Assembly: GCA_041641295.1 (NCBI GenBank)
Contig: JBEPYO010000001.1
Span: 192,001-256,000 of the forward strand
Direction of reading: 5' to 3'
Length of the DNA: 64,000 bases
DNA from: Nitrososphaerota archaeon
GTDB taxonomy: Archaea > Thermoproteota > Nitrososphaeria_A > Caldarchaeales > Calditenuaceae
Under the pieces are notes generated by a model. That model was not told the DNA's origin, ran no database searches, and saw only the letters and a list, made by a program, of their open reading frames with translations. The stretch's first letter is position 1. Each line of letters starts with the position of its first letter. The position numbers and the translations under genes are program-made. This document shows positions 30,175 to 40,344 of this stretch, piece by piece.

Positions 30175-30966
30175 TTGTCTCGAACTTCTTATGAGACTAT
30201 TAAACTCGAGCGGGAAGACCGCGTTGCCTGGATAGTGCTGAACAGGCCGCACAGGTTGAACGCGTTTAACGAGGATATGATTTTGGAGCTACTTGACGCC
30301 TTGAACACTGTTGAGAATGACCCGGGGGTTAGGTGTGTGGTGATTACGGGGGAGGGCGATAGGGCCTTCAGTGCAGGCGCCGACATCACTGCCTTCCCAA
30401 AGGCCACGCCCACACTGGCGGAGGAGCTGTCCCGGAAGGGGCAGAAGGTCTTCTCGACTATAGAGGAGATGTCTAAGCCAGTCATAGCGGCCATTAACGG
30501 ATACGCCCTAGGAGGAGGGCTCGAGCTGGCAATCTCATGCGACTTCAGGATAGCCTCCGAGCATGCAGAGCTGGGCTCCCCAGAGATTAACCTGGGTATA
30601 ATACCGGGCTGGGGAGGGACTCAGAAGCTAGTGAGGCTTGTGGGTCTGAGAAATGCCAAGAGGCTTGTGCTGCTTGGCGAGAGGATAAAGGCTGACGAGG
30701 CTCTCCGGATAGGCCTGGTGGACAAAGTGGTGCCTTTCGAGAACCTCCGGGACGAGACGATGTCTCTTGCGAATAGATTGGCCGAGGGCCCGCCTATAGC
30801 ATTGAGGTATGCTAAATATGCCCTAAACTTCGGCAGCCAAGTCCCACTAGAAGTGGGGCTGAGGCTAGAGTCTGCGTTGATGGGGCTACTCTTCTCCACT
30901 AACGACGTGAAGAGGGGGATAGAGGCCTTCATGTCGAGATCTAAGCCAGAGTTTAAGGGTGACTAG
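30175..30966 (+). CDS. Enoyl-CoA hydratase
   Basis: LNRP, FSAGADI, ALGGGLEL, PEINLGIIPGWGGTQ. Confidence 0.94.
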   Translation: MSRTSYETIKLEREDRVAWIVLNRPHRLNAFNEDMILELLDALNTVENDPGVRCVVITGEGDRAFSAGADITAFPKATPTLAEELSRKGQKVFSTIEEMSKPVIAAINGYALGGGLELAISCDFRIASEHAELGSPEINLGIIPGWGGTQKLVRLVGLRNAKRLVLLGERIKADEALRIGLVDKVVPFENLRDETMSLANRLAEGPPIALRYAKYALNFGSQVPLEVGLRLESALMGLLFSTNDVKRGIEAFMSRSKPEFKGD

Positions 30967-32148
30967 GTGCGGGTCAGGGGCATGAGACGCGTCGCAGTTA
31001 TTGGTGTGGGGCACAGCAAGTTTGGCGATAGGCAGGATGTCAATGTTAAGGAGCTTGCGTTCGAGTCGGTCAAGCCCGCCCTCGAGGATGCGGGACTAAC
31101 ACCCAAAGACATACCGTATGTTACTGTCGGCTCCATCGGTGTCTGGTACGAGGAGCCCCTTCCGGCCGTTGCTATTGCCGAGTATTGTGGACTGACTGGA
31201 GCGGGTCTTGTGAGGGTTGAAGCGGCATGCGCGACTGGTAGCGCTGCTGTGTACTCCGCATACACTGCAATAGCCAGTGGTGCCGTGGATTTAGCGCTGG
31301 TTATCGGGGTTGAGAAGATGAGGGAGGTGGAGACTCCATTGGCTGTCGAGTTGATTGGTCGCGCAGGCTCCTATCTATGGGAGTTCGAATACTTCGGCAT
31401 GACATTCCCGAGCTACTACGCACTATACGCCACAGCCTACATGAACAAGTACGGCGCGACCGAGGAGGACCTAGCACTGGTCGCTGTTAAGAATCACAAA
31501 TACGCTGCCCTGAATCCACTTGCACACTTCCAAAAAGAAATAAGCATCGAGGATGTCTTGTCGTCCTACATGATTTCTTGGCCGCTGAAGCTCTACGACT
31601 GCTCCCCAATAACAGATGGAAGCGCTGCACTAGTCCTCGCATCCGAGGAGAAGGTTAAGGAGCTCAGGGTGGATACGCCGGTATGGATAGCGGGTATAGG
31701 ATATTCCTCAGGGTCCAGCACCCTCTCGCAGCGGACCGACTTTCTAGGCTTGGACGCAGCCGTGAAGGCCTCTCAGATGGCGTATAAGATAGCCGGCGTC
31801 AGGCCTGACCAGATAGACTCAGCCAACGTGCATGACTGTTTCACCATAGCCGAACTCTTAGCCTATGAGGACCTTGGATTCTGCAGAAGGGGCGAGGGAG
31901 TCAAGATGATCAGGGAGGGTGAGACCGAGATAGGTGGAAAGATCCCTGTCAACGTGGACGGAGGACTGAAAGCAAAGGGGCATCCGATAGGTGCTACGGG
32001 CGTCTCGATGATAGTGGAGCAGACTAAGCAGCTGCGGGAGGAGGTCAAACCGTCTGCACGCCAAGCGCCGATGAAGAACTACATAGCCCTCACACACAAC
32101 GTAGGCGGGACCGGCCACTACTGCTATGTAACCATCCTTAAGAGGTGA
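30967..32148 (+). CDS. Thiolase (SCP-x type acetyl-CoA acyltransferase)
   Basis: EAACATG, VHDCF, KGHPIGATG, HNVGG; likely ATG at 30982. Confidence 0.93.
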   Translation: MRVRGMRRVAVIGVGHSKFGDRQDVNVKELAFESVKPALEDAGLTPKDIPYVTVGSIGVWYEEPLPAVAIAEYCGLTGAGLVRVEAACATGSAAVYSAYTAIASGAVDLALVIGVEKMREVETPLAVELIGRAGSYLWEFEYFGMTFPSYYALYATAYMNKYGATEEDLALVAVKNHKYAALNPLAHFQKEISIEDVLSSYMISWPLKLYDCSPITDGSAALVLASEEKVKELRVDTPVWIAGIGYSSGSSTLSQRTDFLGLDAAVKASQMAYKIAGVRPDQIDSANVHDCFTIAELLAYEDLGFCRRGEGVKMIREGETEIGGKIPVNVDGGLKAKGHPIGATGVSMIVEQTKQLREEVKPSARQAPMKNYIALTHNVGGTGHYCYVTILKR

Positions 32149-32155
32149 GTGGGAC

Positions 32156-32596
32156 ATGTCTGGGCTTCCTGTAATAAAATCTCGCAAACTCGAGATAACA
32201 TACAACATTCCCATAAGCAAGACCGTCCGATTTTGGGAGGGTTTGAAGGAGGGTAAGATCTTGGCGACGAAGTGTAGGAATTGTGGTAAGCTACACTTCC
32301 CACCCGCTGCGGACTGCGGCCAGTGTCTTTCCTCTGATATGGAGTGGGTCGAGCTGAGCGGTGAAGGAAAGCTTATCACCTATACCCACGTTATAGTTAG
32401 GCCAAAGAGTTTCCAAGAAGAGCAGCCCTACACGGTCGCTATAGCCGAGCTCAAAGAGGGGGTAAAGGTGCTTGCTTGGCTCACCGATGTGAAGAGGAAG
32501 GACATCAAGATTGGTATGGAGTTAAAAATGGTCCCGAAACAACTATCAGACGGAAGAATAGCTTACGTCTTTAAGCCATTGACGACAAGCGCGTAG
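32156..32596 (+). CDS. DUF35 Zn-ribbon/OB-fold thiolase partner
   Basis: CRNCG...PP..DCGQC, WVELSGEG; follows the thiolase. Confidence 0.92.
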   Translation: MSGLPVIKSRKLEITYNIPISKTVRFWEGLKEGKILATKCRNCGKLHFPPAADCGQCLSSDMEWVELSGEGKLITYTHVIVRPKSFQEEQPYTVAIAELKEGVKVLAWLTDVKRKDIKIGMELKMVPKQLSDGRIAYVFKPLTTSA

Positions 32597-32659
32597 TGGG
32601 GGCTTTCAGACTAATACGTATATATCTGTACGCATTTCTTTTTATTGTGGTGAACATTA

Positions 32660-33850
32660 TTGTCGCATGAGATTAGGAAAGTAGCAGTTGTTGGCGCCGG
32701 GATGATGGGGCACGGCATCGCACAGGTTTTCGCTATGAGAGGATATGAAGTGAATCTGCTCGACATTAGCGAGGATATTTTGAAGAAGGCGATGCAGAGC
32801 ATAGAGTGGAGCCTTGGGAAGTTTGTCGAGAAAAAGAGGATTAGGAAGGAAGATGCAGATGCCGCACTGTCGAGGATCAGGCCCACCGTCTCTTATGAGA
32901 CGGGTGTAGGTGATGTTGACCTAGTCATCGAGGCTGTTCCTGAGAAGATGGATTTGAAGAAGAAGATATTCAGTACAGTGGACAAGATTGCGCCCTCGCA
33001 TGCGATTCTAGTATCCAACACCTCCACCCTCAGTATCAGTGAGATGGGTGAGGCTACTGGCAGGCCTGACAAGGTCGCTGGAATGCATTGGTTTAACCCG
33101 CCACAGCTCATGAACCTCATCGAGGTGATTAAGGGCGACAAGACTAGCCAAGAAACCGTCGATAAGATAATTGCCCTGAGTAGGGCGCTGGGTAAGACGC
33201 CCATCCTGTGTAAGAAGGATGCGCGTGGGTTCATTGTAAACAGGGTCCTAGGCCAAGTCTTCAATGAGGCTTTCTGGGCCTATCACAGAGGCGAGGCAAG
33301 CATTGAAGGGATAGACGCCTCGATAAAGTATACTGGCGGGTTCCCTATGGGCTGGTTTGAGCTCTGCGACTTCGTGGGGCTGGACATCGCATACGAGGTT
33401 GGAAATGTGCTTTACCAAGCATACGGTGAGAGGTTTAAACCCTGCCCAGAGGTTATTGAGCCCCTCATCAAGCAGGGGAAACTAGGCCAGAAGACAGGTG
33501 GAGGGTTTTACGACTGGTCGAAGGGTAGACCCCGCATCCGCTTTGAGTTCTCTGACGAATATGACGTGGAGAGGTCTTGGGCTGTTGCTATTAATGAGGC
33601 GGCCTGGCTTGTCCACGAAGATGTAGCCGATCCCGAGAGCATCGACACGGGAATGAAGCTGGGGACAGGGTGGCCTATGGGGCCTTGCGAGTATGCTGAC
33701 AAAAAGGGTATAGATTTGGTGGTTCAGAAACTGGAGGAGCTCTACAAGAAATTTGGAATGGAAATGTATTCGCCCTGCCCCCTCCTAAAGGAATATCTAT
33801 CCAAAGGGTGGCTGGGAAAGAAAACAGGTAGAGGATTCTACCAGTACTGA
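32660..33850 (+). CDS. 3-hydroxyacyl-CoA dehydrogenase (duplicated C-terminal domain)
   Basis: GAGMMGHG, EAVPE, SNTS, HWFNP, GFIVNR, two G.K.G.GFY endings. Confidence 0.94.
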   Translation: MSHEIRKVAVVGAGMMGHGIAQVFAMRGYEVNLLDISEDILKKAMQSIEWSLGKFVEKKRIRKEDADAALSRIRPTVSYETGVGDVDLVIEAVPEKMDLKKKIFSTVDKIAPSHAILVSNTSTLSISEMGEATGRPDKVAGMHWFNPPQLMNLIEVIKGDKTSQETVDKIIALSRALGKTPILCKKDARGFIVNRVLGQVFNEAFWAYHRGEASIEGIDASIKYTGGFPMGWFELCDFVGLDIAYEVGNVLYQAYGERFKPCPEVIEPLIKQGKLGQKTGGGFYDWSKGRPRIRFEFSDEYDVERSWAVAINEAAWLVHEDVADPESIDTGMKLGTGWPMGPCEYADKKGIDLVVQKLEELYKKFGMEMYSPCPLLKEYLSKGWLGKKTGRGFYQY

Positions 33851-33867
33851 GCAGCTAGGACAGCCCA

Positions 33868-34848
33868 TTATTTCATGCCCTTTATTTCCTTAATCTTTTT
33901 TATTAGAGCGGGTATTATCTTAAAGAGGTCGTCGACCACGCCGTAGTGGGCTATGTTGAAAATGGGCGCGTTGGGGTCCTTGTTTACTGCGATTATTAGC
34001 TGGGAATTCATCATGCCCATAATGTGTTGGAATGCTCCGCTTATGCCGAGTGCCATGTAGAGCTTGGGCTTGACGGTCTTTCCCGAGGAGCCTACCTGCC
34101 TGTCAGGTGGGAGCCAGCCCTTATCCACGATCGGCCTAGAGCATGCGACAACGCCACCGAGCAGCTTGGCCAGTTCCTCCGCGAGCGGAATGTTTGTCTT
34201 CTCGCCTATCCCACGTCCTATGGCCACTATGATGTCTGCAGACTCTATAGAGACTCCAGACTCGGTGGGTGCGACAAGCCCCTTAACCCTCTTCCTCGCC
34301 TCGCCACCCAGCTCCGGCGGAGCCAACCTCACGACAACACCTTTGCCAGCAGCCTTGCTTGGATGGAAGGAGCCCGGCCTCACGGTCAGGATGTAGCCGT
34401 CGGCCTCTCTGGCACTGACCCTGGCGTTAAGCTTTCCTCCATACATCTGGCGTGTTGCATAGAGTCGCCCATCCAAGAACTCCACGTCGATACAGTCTGT
34501 TATCAGTGGGAATCCCAGCTCTACAGCTAGCCTAGGGGCGAGGTCTATTCCCAAAGAGGTGTGCCCCATTACTAAGACCCTAGGACTCCTCTCCCTGACT
34601 ATGTGGGATATAACCCGTTGATAGTTCTCGGAGTTGTATTGTGCGAGCCTCTCATCCTCTGTCAGTAGCACCGTGTCGCAGTACTCAGATAGCTGTTCGG
34701 CGAGCTTTTCAACCACTGAGCCTAAGACAAGCGCCGCTAAGTTCAATCCCATCTTATCGGCAAGCTTTCTCCCCGCTGCAAGCGCCTCCAGCGTTATCTC
34801 GCGGACCTCACCACCCCTCTGCTCCGCCAGAACTACAACCTCTCCCAA
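33868..34848 (-). CDS. etfA: Electron transfer flavoprotein alpha
   Basis: GRG, CSRPIVD, QVGSSGKTV, GISGAFQH, AVNKDPNAPIF. Confidence 0.95.
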   Translation of the reverse strand: MGEVVVLAEQRGGEVREITLEALAAGRKLADKMGLNLAALVLGSVVEKLAEQLSEYCDTVLLTEDERLAQYNSENYQRVISHIVRERSPRVLVMGHTSLGIDLAPRLAVELGFPLITDCIDVEFLDGRLYATRQMYGGKLNARVSAREADGYILTVRPGSFHPSKAAGKGVVVRLAPPELGGEARKRVKGLVAPTESGVSIESADIIVAIGRGIGEKTNIPLAEELAKLLGGVVACSRPIVDKGWLPPDRQVGSSGKTVKPKLYMALGISGAFQHIMGMMNSQLIIAVNKDPNAPIFNIAHYGVVDDLFKIIPALIKKIKEIKGMK

Positions 34849-35679
34849 TTAAAGCAACCCCCTCCTCTTCAAAAGCTCGACGATCTTTGTGGCGACCTCC
34901 TCTGGGCTCCCCCCAACAAACTCGACCCGCCTCTCAACCCGCGGAGCATATAGCTCTTCAACCCTTATCCAAGGCTCTCCCACCTCCTCTGAACTCAGGC
35001 CAAGATCGTCGAGAGACATGACCTTGATCTCCCTCCTCATAGCCATTCTAATCCCGAGCACCGAGACATACCTCAGCTCGACGATGCCTGACTGAACCGT
35101 GATCACCGCCGGCATGTCAAGCTCCACAATCTCCTCAACCCCACCCTCCAACTCTCTATTGACTATGACACGGCCATCCACTATCTCGATCTTCTTCGCT
35201 AGGGTGGCGTGTGGAAGGTTGAGGTGCTGCGCAATGGCTGGCCCTGTTATTGCGTAGCCATCGTCGTTTGCCTGGACCCCCGTAAGTATCAGGTCGAAGG
35301 ACATCTTCCTTGCGGCTGCTGAGAGGACTTTAGCAACCGTGAATGGATCATTGACGTTTAGTCTGGTGTCTCCTATCCTGACTGCCTTGTCGGCCCCCTT
35401 GGCGAGGCACCTTCTCAAGACCCTGTCAGCTTCCTCGCCGCCGATAGACACTGCCGTCACACTTCCACCGTGCTTATCTCTCAACATGAGTGCAGCCTCC
35501 AAAGCATAGTCATCCCACTCGTTTATGTCATAGTTGAGGCCCCGCCTCTCTATGTCTCTCCCACTGCTATCGACCTTCAGCTCCGTAGAGGACACGTCGG
35601 GAACGTACTTCACACACACTATAATATCCAAAGCGAGCCACAACCCCGGCACGGCCACTATCCGTGCCGACAGACCCAT
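34849..35679 (-). CDS. etfB: Electron transfer flavoprotein beta (true start probably the TTG before DIIVCVK)
   Basis: VCVKYVPD, NEWDDYALE, GVQANDD, RELEGG. Confidence 0.94.
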   Translation of the reverse strand: MGLSARIVAVPGLWLALDIIVCVKYVPDVSSTELKVDSSGRDIERRGLNYDINEWDDYALEAALMLRDKHGGSVTAVSIGGEEADRVLRRCLAKGADKAVRIGDTRLNVNDPFTVAKVLSAAARKMSFDLILTGVQANDDGYAITGPAIAQHLNLPHATLAKKIEIVDGRVIVNRELEGGVEEIVELDMPAVITVQSGIVELRYVSVLGIRMAMRREIKVMSLDDLGLSSEEVGEPWIRVEELYAPRVERRVEFVGGSPEEVATKIVELLKRRGLL

Positions 35680-35708
35680 ACATTTCCAACCGATATAAAC
35701 TTTAGATG

Positions 35709-36791
35709 CTATTCCGTCGAAACCGTGACTCCCATGGCTTCGAGCTTCTCGAGGAATGGGTTGGGGTCTATGATGGCCTCAGGGGGAAATACGCCCCTCT
35801 CCCCTATCTGGTCTTTTAGGATTAGGTGTGCGCCTAGTGCTGCGGGGGCTGTAGTGAGTTTTCTCATCCTGTTGACGGCTGCGTAGCTGACTTTCCTTCC
35901 ACCTCTTCCGACAACCACTTTTACTCCGCTCAGAGCAACGCCACCGGTCCTGAACACGTCTTCTATCTTGTTGATGAAATTCGAGAGCCTTTCAACCCTT
36001 TCCGTGGTAGACGTTAATCCTAGTTTGACGAACAGCTTCGCGAGACCGGTCTGCCACTCAGGTATCAGACATCCGCGAATGGTAACCCGCTCCGAGACCC
36101 TAAGGTGGCGGGGTATTGTTATTGGTTCAGGATGCCCTACATAGTATAGCTTCAGCTTACCGACAACTGGGAACTCAAAAGCCATCCCAGAAGAGCCAGC
36201 CTTGACCATCGTCATGTGTCCGTCAAGAAACATTGGCACCTCTCCCGTCATGGCGTGGAAAAGGTGCATGATTACCGCCAGCCCCCTTGAGTCGGCGGCT
36301 GAGCCGAACCAGCCTATATCGACGGATTCAGCCTCGCCTCCGAGCTCCTCAACCCCTCTCTTTGCCAGTATGTTGGAGAGGCCCGGCGTCCACCCAAGCC
36401 CAGTTATGTACGTCACACCATTCTTCGAGGCCTGATCTGAAAGCTTGAGGATCTGCTCAGCCGCGTCATGGTCGTCGCATAGGTCTATCCCGTTTTTGCC
36501 AGCAGCTATTACCGCCTCCGCAATCGCATAGCCATGTTTGTAGAAGGGGCCGACTGCGTTGACTACCACGTCATAATCCTTAACAACAGCGATCAACCCC
36601 TCCCTAGATGACGCATCCACCCTGACCACGCCAATCTCGCCCATATCCCTGAGAGATTGCGCAATATTCTGAGCCTTTGCCACGTTGATATCCCCGATAT
36701 CGACGCGAACCCCCAGTTTCACCAGCTCCTCCACCACCCCACTACCCATATCACCCGCACCACCCAGAACCAGTACTGAGCCAGTGGGCAT
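35709..36791 (-). CDS. Saccharopine dehydrogenase-like NAD(P)-dependent oxidoreductase
   Basis: GGAGDMG, NAVGPF, DLCDD, GLGWTPGLSN, HPEP, GVFPPE. Confidence 0.87.
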   Translation of the reverse strand: MPTGSVLVLGGAGDMGSGVVEELVKLGVRVDIGDINVAKAQNIAQSLRDMGEIGVVRVDASSREGLIAVVKDYDVVVNAVGPFYKHGYAIAEAVIAAGKNGIDLCDDHDAAEQILKLSDQASKNGVTYITGLGWTPGLSNILAKRGVEELGGEAESVDIGWFGSAADSRGLAVIMHLFHAMTGEVPMFLDGHMTMVKAGSSGMAFEFPVVGKLKLYYVGHPEPITIPRHLRVSERVTIRGCLIPEWQTGLAKLFVKLGLTSTTERVERLSNFINKIEDVFRTGGVALSGVKVVVGRGGRKVSYAAVNRMRKLTTAPAALGAHLILKDQIGERGVFPPEAIIDPNPFLEKLEAMGVTVSTE

Positions 36792-36892
36792 TCTATAGCC
36801 ACCGAGGCTTGACTCTCTCTAGCTCTAATAAGTCTTTGTTAAGGACATTATTAATATACCTGCTAAATGTTAAATACGGGCGGGTGGGCGGT

Positions 36893-38662
36893 TTGGTAAA
36901 ACTCTCCGGTGGAGAGATACTGGTCGAGTGCCTCCTGAAGGAGGGTGTAGAGTATGTCTTTGGAATTCCGGGAGACCGGTGTATTCCATTCTATGACGCG
37001 ATCTACAGGATAGGCTCCAAGCGCGGATTGAGGTTTGTGATGACGAGGCATGAGCAAGCAGCCGCTCACATGGCGGATGCCTACTACCGTGTTACGGGGA
37101 AGGTTGCAGTATGTACCGGGACAGTCGGTCCCGGTGCGGCTGATTTAGTGCCAGGTGTCTACGCTGCATTTGCCGACAGTATACCGATGGTAATAATAAC
37201 TGCCCAGAACCAGAGTTTTAGAATCTACCCCGAGCACGGGAGTATGCAATCTCTCGACCAGCATGGGCTGTTCAAGCCAATTACAAAGTGGACCGCCGTG
37301 ATAAACCACATATCAAGGATTCCAGAGCTGGTCCAGAGAGCCTTTAGAGTCGCATTGACTGGAAGGCCGGGCCCCGTCCACCTGGACGTCCCATCTGACG
37401 TAGTATTTGGCGAGATGGATATTGAGCCGGAGAAAACCATCCATCCACCACACATGTATAGACCCACACATCCGATCCATACGGATAAGGCCCTCGTTAG
37501 GGAGGCCGCCATAATGTTAGCCCATGCCAAGCTTCCACTGATACATGCAGGTGCCGGTGTTCTTAGAAGCGGGGCATCTGAAGAGGTCAAAGCTCTGGCT
37601 GAGCTTTTGAAAGCGCCTGTCGTGACAAGCCTCTCGGGTAGGGGTGTGGTCCCTGAGGACTCTGAATATTGCTTGATACCCGGTAGTCCGGGGGCGCTTG
37701 CTGCACAGTCCATGGCTGACGTGGTGCTGCATGTGGGAGGTAAGCTGGGCGACACCGATATGTGGGGGCGGTCTCCCCCGTGGGGGGAGGTAGGGGTGCA
37801 GAGGTGGATACAGATAGATATCGACCCCGAGATGATAGGATTGAATAGGCCTGTTGACCTCGCGCTCGTCGGAGACGCCAAGGCTGTTCTCCAACAGTTG
37901 ATTGAGGAGCTGCGGGCTATGCGCATCGAGCCTGTGAGAGACCTGGCAGAGTTTAGGAGACTGACTGAGGAGTGGGAGAAGGGATTCCTCGAGATAGCGC
38001 TTAAGAGTTCCCACCCAATACATCCACTAAGAGTAGTCTACGAAGCTAGGAGATTCTTCCCCCGCGACGCAATCAGCGTAGTAGACGGTGGAAACACAGC
38101 AGTCTGGGCCCACTACCTCAACAGGATCTACGAGCCTAACACCTTCCTATGGGCAGCAGACTCGGGCCACCTCGGCTCAGGCCTCCCATACGCGATAGCA
38201 GCGAAGATCGCTAAGCCCGAAAAGCCCGTCTACCTTCTAACCGGCGACGGCGCCTTCATGCTCAATGTACAGGAGCTCGAGACGGCTGCGAGGCTCAAGG
38301 CCGAGATAGTCGCAATAGTCTTCAACGATACCCAGTGGGGCATGATAAAAGGTGCACAGAAATTATACTTCGGCTCTAGATACATCGGTGTAGACTTTTC
38401 GGACGTGCGACATGACCTTATCGCCGAGGCGATGGGCTGTGTGGGTATACGCGTTGAGAGGGCGGAGGAGCTGAGGGGTGCGCTTGAAGAGGCGGCTACT
38501 GCCGGGAAGCCCGCCGTCGTGGATGTCAGGGTTGACAGCGAGGCTAATCTAACCCCTCCGGACCTAGAGACGCTTGCTGCCATCTGGCTGGAGGGCTGCG
38601 AGCCGCCTGAGAGGGAGTATAAAGAAGAAGAGGTAGAGGCTAGGGCGCAGGCGTCGCGCTAA
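36893..38662 (+). CDS. ThDP-dependent enzyme (acetolactate synthase / lyase superfamily)
   Basis: FGIPG, RHEQAAAH catalytic Glu, GRPGPV, GDGAF...FND ThDP motif; start at TTG 36893. Confidence 0.9.
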   Translation: MVKLSGGEILVECLLKEGVEYVFGIPGDRCIPFYDAIYRIGSKRGLRFVMTRHEQAAAHMADAYYRVTGKVAVCTGTVGPGAADLVPGVYAAFADSIPMVIITAQNQSFRIYPEHGSMQSLDQHGLFKPITKWTAVINHISRIPELVQRAFRVALTGRPGPVHLDVPSDVVFGEMDIEPEKTIHPPHMYRPTHPIHTDKALVREAAIMLAHAKLPLIHAGAGVLRSGASEEVKALAELLKAPVVTSLSGRGVVPEDSEYCLIPGSPGALAAQSMADVVLHVGGKLGDTDMWGRSPPWGEVGVQRWIQIDIDPEMIGLNRPVDLALVGDAKAVLQQLIEELRAMRIEPVRDLAEFRRLTEEWEKGFLEIALKSSHPIHPLRVVYEARRFFPRDAISVVDGGNTAVWAHYLNRIYEPNTFLWAADSGHLGSGLPYAIAAKIAKPEKPVYLLTGDGAFMLNVQELETAARLKAEIVAIVFNDTQWGMIKGAQKLYFGSRYIGVDFSDVRHDLIAEAMGCVGIRVERAEELRGALEEAATAGKPAVVDVRVDSEANLTPPDLETLAAIWLEGCEPPEREYKEEEVEARAQASR

Positions 38663-39699
38663 TACTTCACGAGGACCTTCAAGGCCTTCTTCTTCTCGAA
38701 GAGTTCAAACCCCTTGGGAACATTTTCCAAGTCGACTCTATGTGATATTATCTTGCTTGGATCGATCCTTCCGCTGGCGACTAGTCTAGTTAGCCTCTCA
38801 CCGCTCCTTATAGGGTTGCCTATTGAGAAGATGACCCTCTTCTCTGTCAGCCACAGCCCACCAACCGGAACACTGTATTCTTGGAGGTGGAAGCCGACAA
38901 CCGAGACAGTGCCCTTCTTCCTCACCATGTCAATGGCAGTGCGCAACGGCTCTACAGTCTTTCCCACAGCCTCAACTACGATGTCAGCTCCACGCCCATC
39001 AGTCAAATTCCGAACCTCTTCAGCCGGGTCCACCTCCGACGCGTTAATAGTGGTGAAGCCGAGAGACTTAGCCACCTCTAGCCTCTCTTTCACCACGTCG
39101 ATAGCTATCACTTGAGAGGCGCCGAAGGCGGCGGCACACATGCCACTCAACAATCCGATCGGCCCACATCCTAAAACAGCTACTACGTCGCCAGGCTCCA
39201 TACCGGCGTTAACAACTGCGTCATGGCCTGTGGGAAGCGCATCACTAACCATGACCAGTTTCTCATCAGGAATATTCTCCGGAGCCTTTATCATCACAGT
39301 GTCCGCATATGGAACCCTTACAAGCTCTGCGAAGGCACCGTCGAGGCTCTCACCATAGGCAGGACCCATACCGAATATATTCGTATTCTCACACTGGGTA
39401 TGCAGCTGTCTTCGACAGAACCAGCAACTTCCATCAGCAATCCAAGCAGATACTATAACCCTGTCCCCCTCCCTGAAGCGTCTGACACCACGACCCACCT
39501 TCTCCACCACACCCATGAACTCATGCCCTAAAATCCCTCCAGGCACAACTGTCAGCGCACCAGTGTAGACGTGTAAGTCTGTCCCGCAGATAGCTGCAGC
39601 GGTAGGCCTGACTAACGCGTCTTCATCCAGCTTGATGGTGGGCTCCGGAGCTTCCTCGACCCTCACGTCAAAAGGACCATACCACTTAACCGCCCGCAT
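38659..39699 (-). CDS. Zn-dependent alcohol/aldehyde dehydrogenase (MDR, FDH-like)
   Basis: CGTDLH, GHE, D-x2-C-x2-C-x7-C structural Zn site, SDALPTG, GCGPIG. Confidence 0.92.
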   Translation of the reverse strand: MRAVKWYGPFDVRVEEAPEPTIKLDEDALVRPTAAAICGTDLHVYTGALTVVPGGILGHEFMGVVEKVGRGVRRFREGDRVIVSAWIADGSCWFCRRQLHTQCENTNIFGMGPAYGESLDGAFAELVRVPYADTVMIKAPENIPDEKLVMVSDALPTGHDAVVNAGMEPGDVVAVLGCGPIGLLSGMCAAAFGASQVIAIDVVKERLEVAKSLGFTTINASEVDPAEEVRNLTDGRGADIVVEAVGKTVEPLRTAIDMVRKKGTVSVVGFHLQEYSVPVGGLWLTEKRVIFSIGNPIRSGERLTRLVASGRIDPSKIISHRVDLENVPKGFELFEKKKALKVLVKY

Positions 39700-39708
39700 A
39701 GAGACACC

Positions 39709-40167
39709 TCATGCCAAGAACTCGGTAGGAACCTTCTTGATAGCATTGACGAAGGCGGAGGAAGCCGCCGCATTAGAGAGGAGCTTGGCTACATTACCCT
39801 TTACCTTCAGCTGCCCAGTCATCACAGCCACAGTTGGGCTGAGCTTGCCCTGCGCCACCTTCTTCATCACCTCATACGAGCCCATTATCACTATGGGAGC
39901 CTCCTTCTCCTCAGCCCTCGACAACATCTCAAAACCGCGACACTTCCCATGATAGAGGTCAAGCCAGACGGCAACCTGCTCCGCCTTAAAGTGTTCTTTA
40001 ACCGGCGGCGGCAGACTAGTTATGGCCAATATGATAGGGTCCTCCCAATTCCGCGCAGCTGACTCATACTCCTTATCACTGTTCAAAATGTTCACAAAAG
40101 CCTCAATCCACTCCTTGGAACCGAAAACGTATCGGCCACTCACACAATTAGGGTAGAGGTGATCCAA
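39709..40167 (-). CDS. SCP2 sterol/lipid-binding domain protein
   Basis: FGSKEW, WLDLYHGKC, AVMTGQLKVKGN; true start probably the internal GTG. Confidence 0.88.
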   Translation of the reverse strand: MDHLYPNCVSGRYVFGSKEWIEAFVNILNSDKEYESAARNWEDPIILAITSLPPPVKEHFKAEQVAVWLDLYHGKCRGFEMLSRAEEKEAPIVIMGSYEVMKKVAQGKLSPTVAVMTGQLKVKGNVAKLLSNAAASSAFVNAIKKVPTEFLA

Positions 40168-40344
40168 ATATAAGCTTTAACCATAAAATAGATATTCTAC
40201 CCACTAATACAAACCGTCCCAAACAAAAGCATGCAAGAGAGCGATGTCAGGCAGATATTACCGAAAAACCCTCTATACACAGGTAAGCATCACCATAATC
40301 ATGTTTAAGTCCCGGGTCTTTAGAATAGGGTAGTAGGAGAATCC

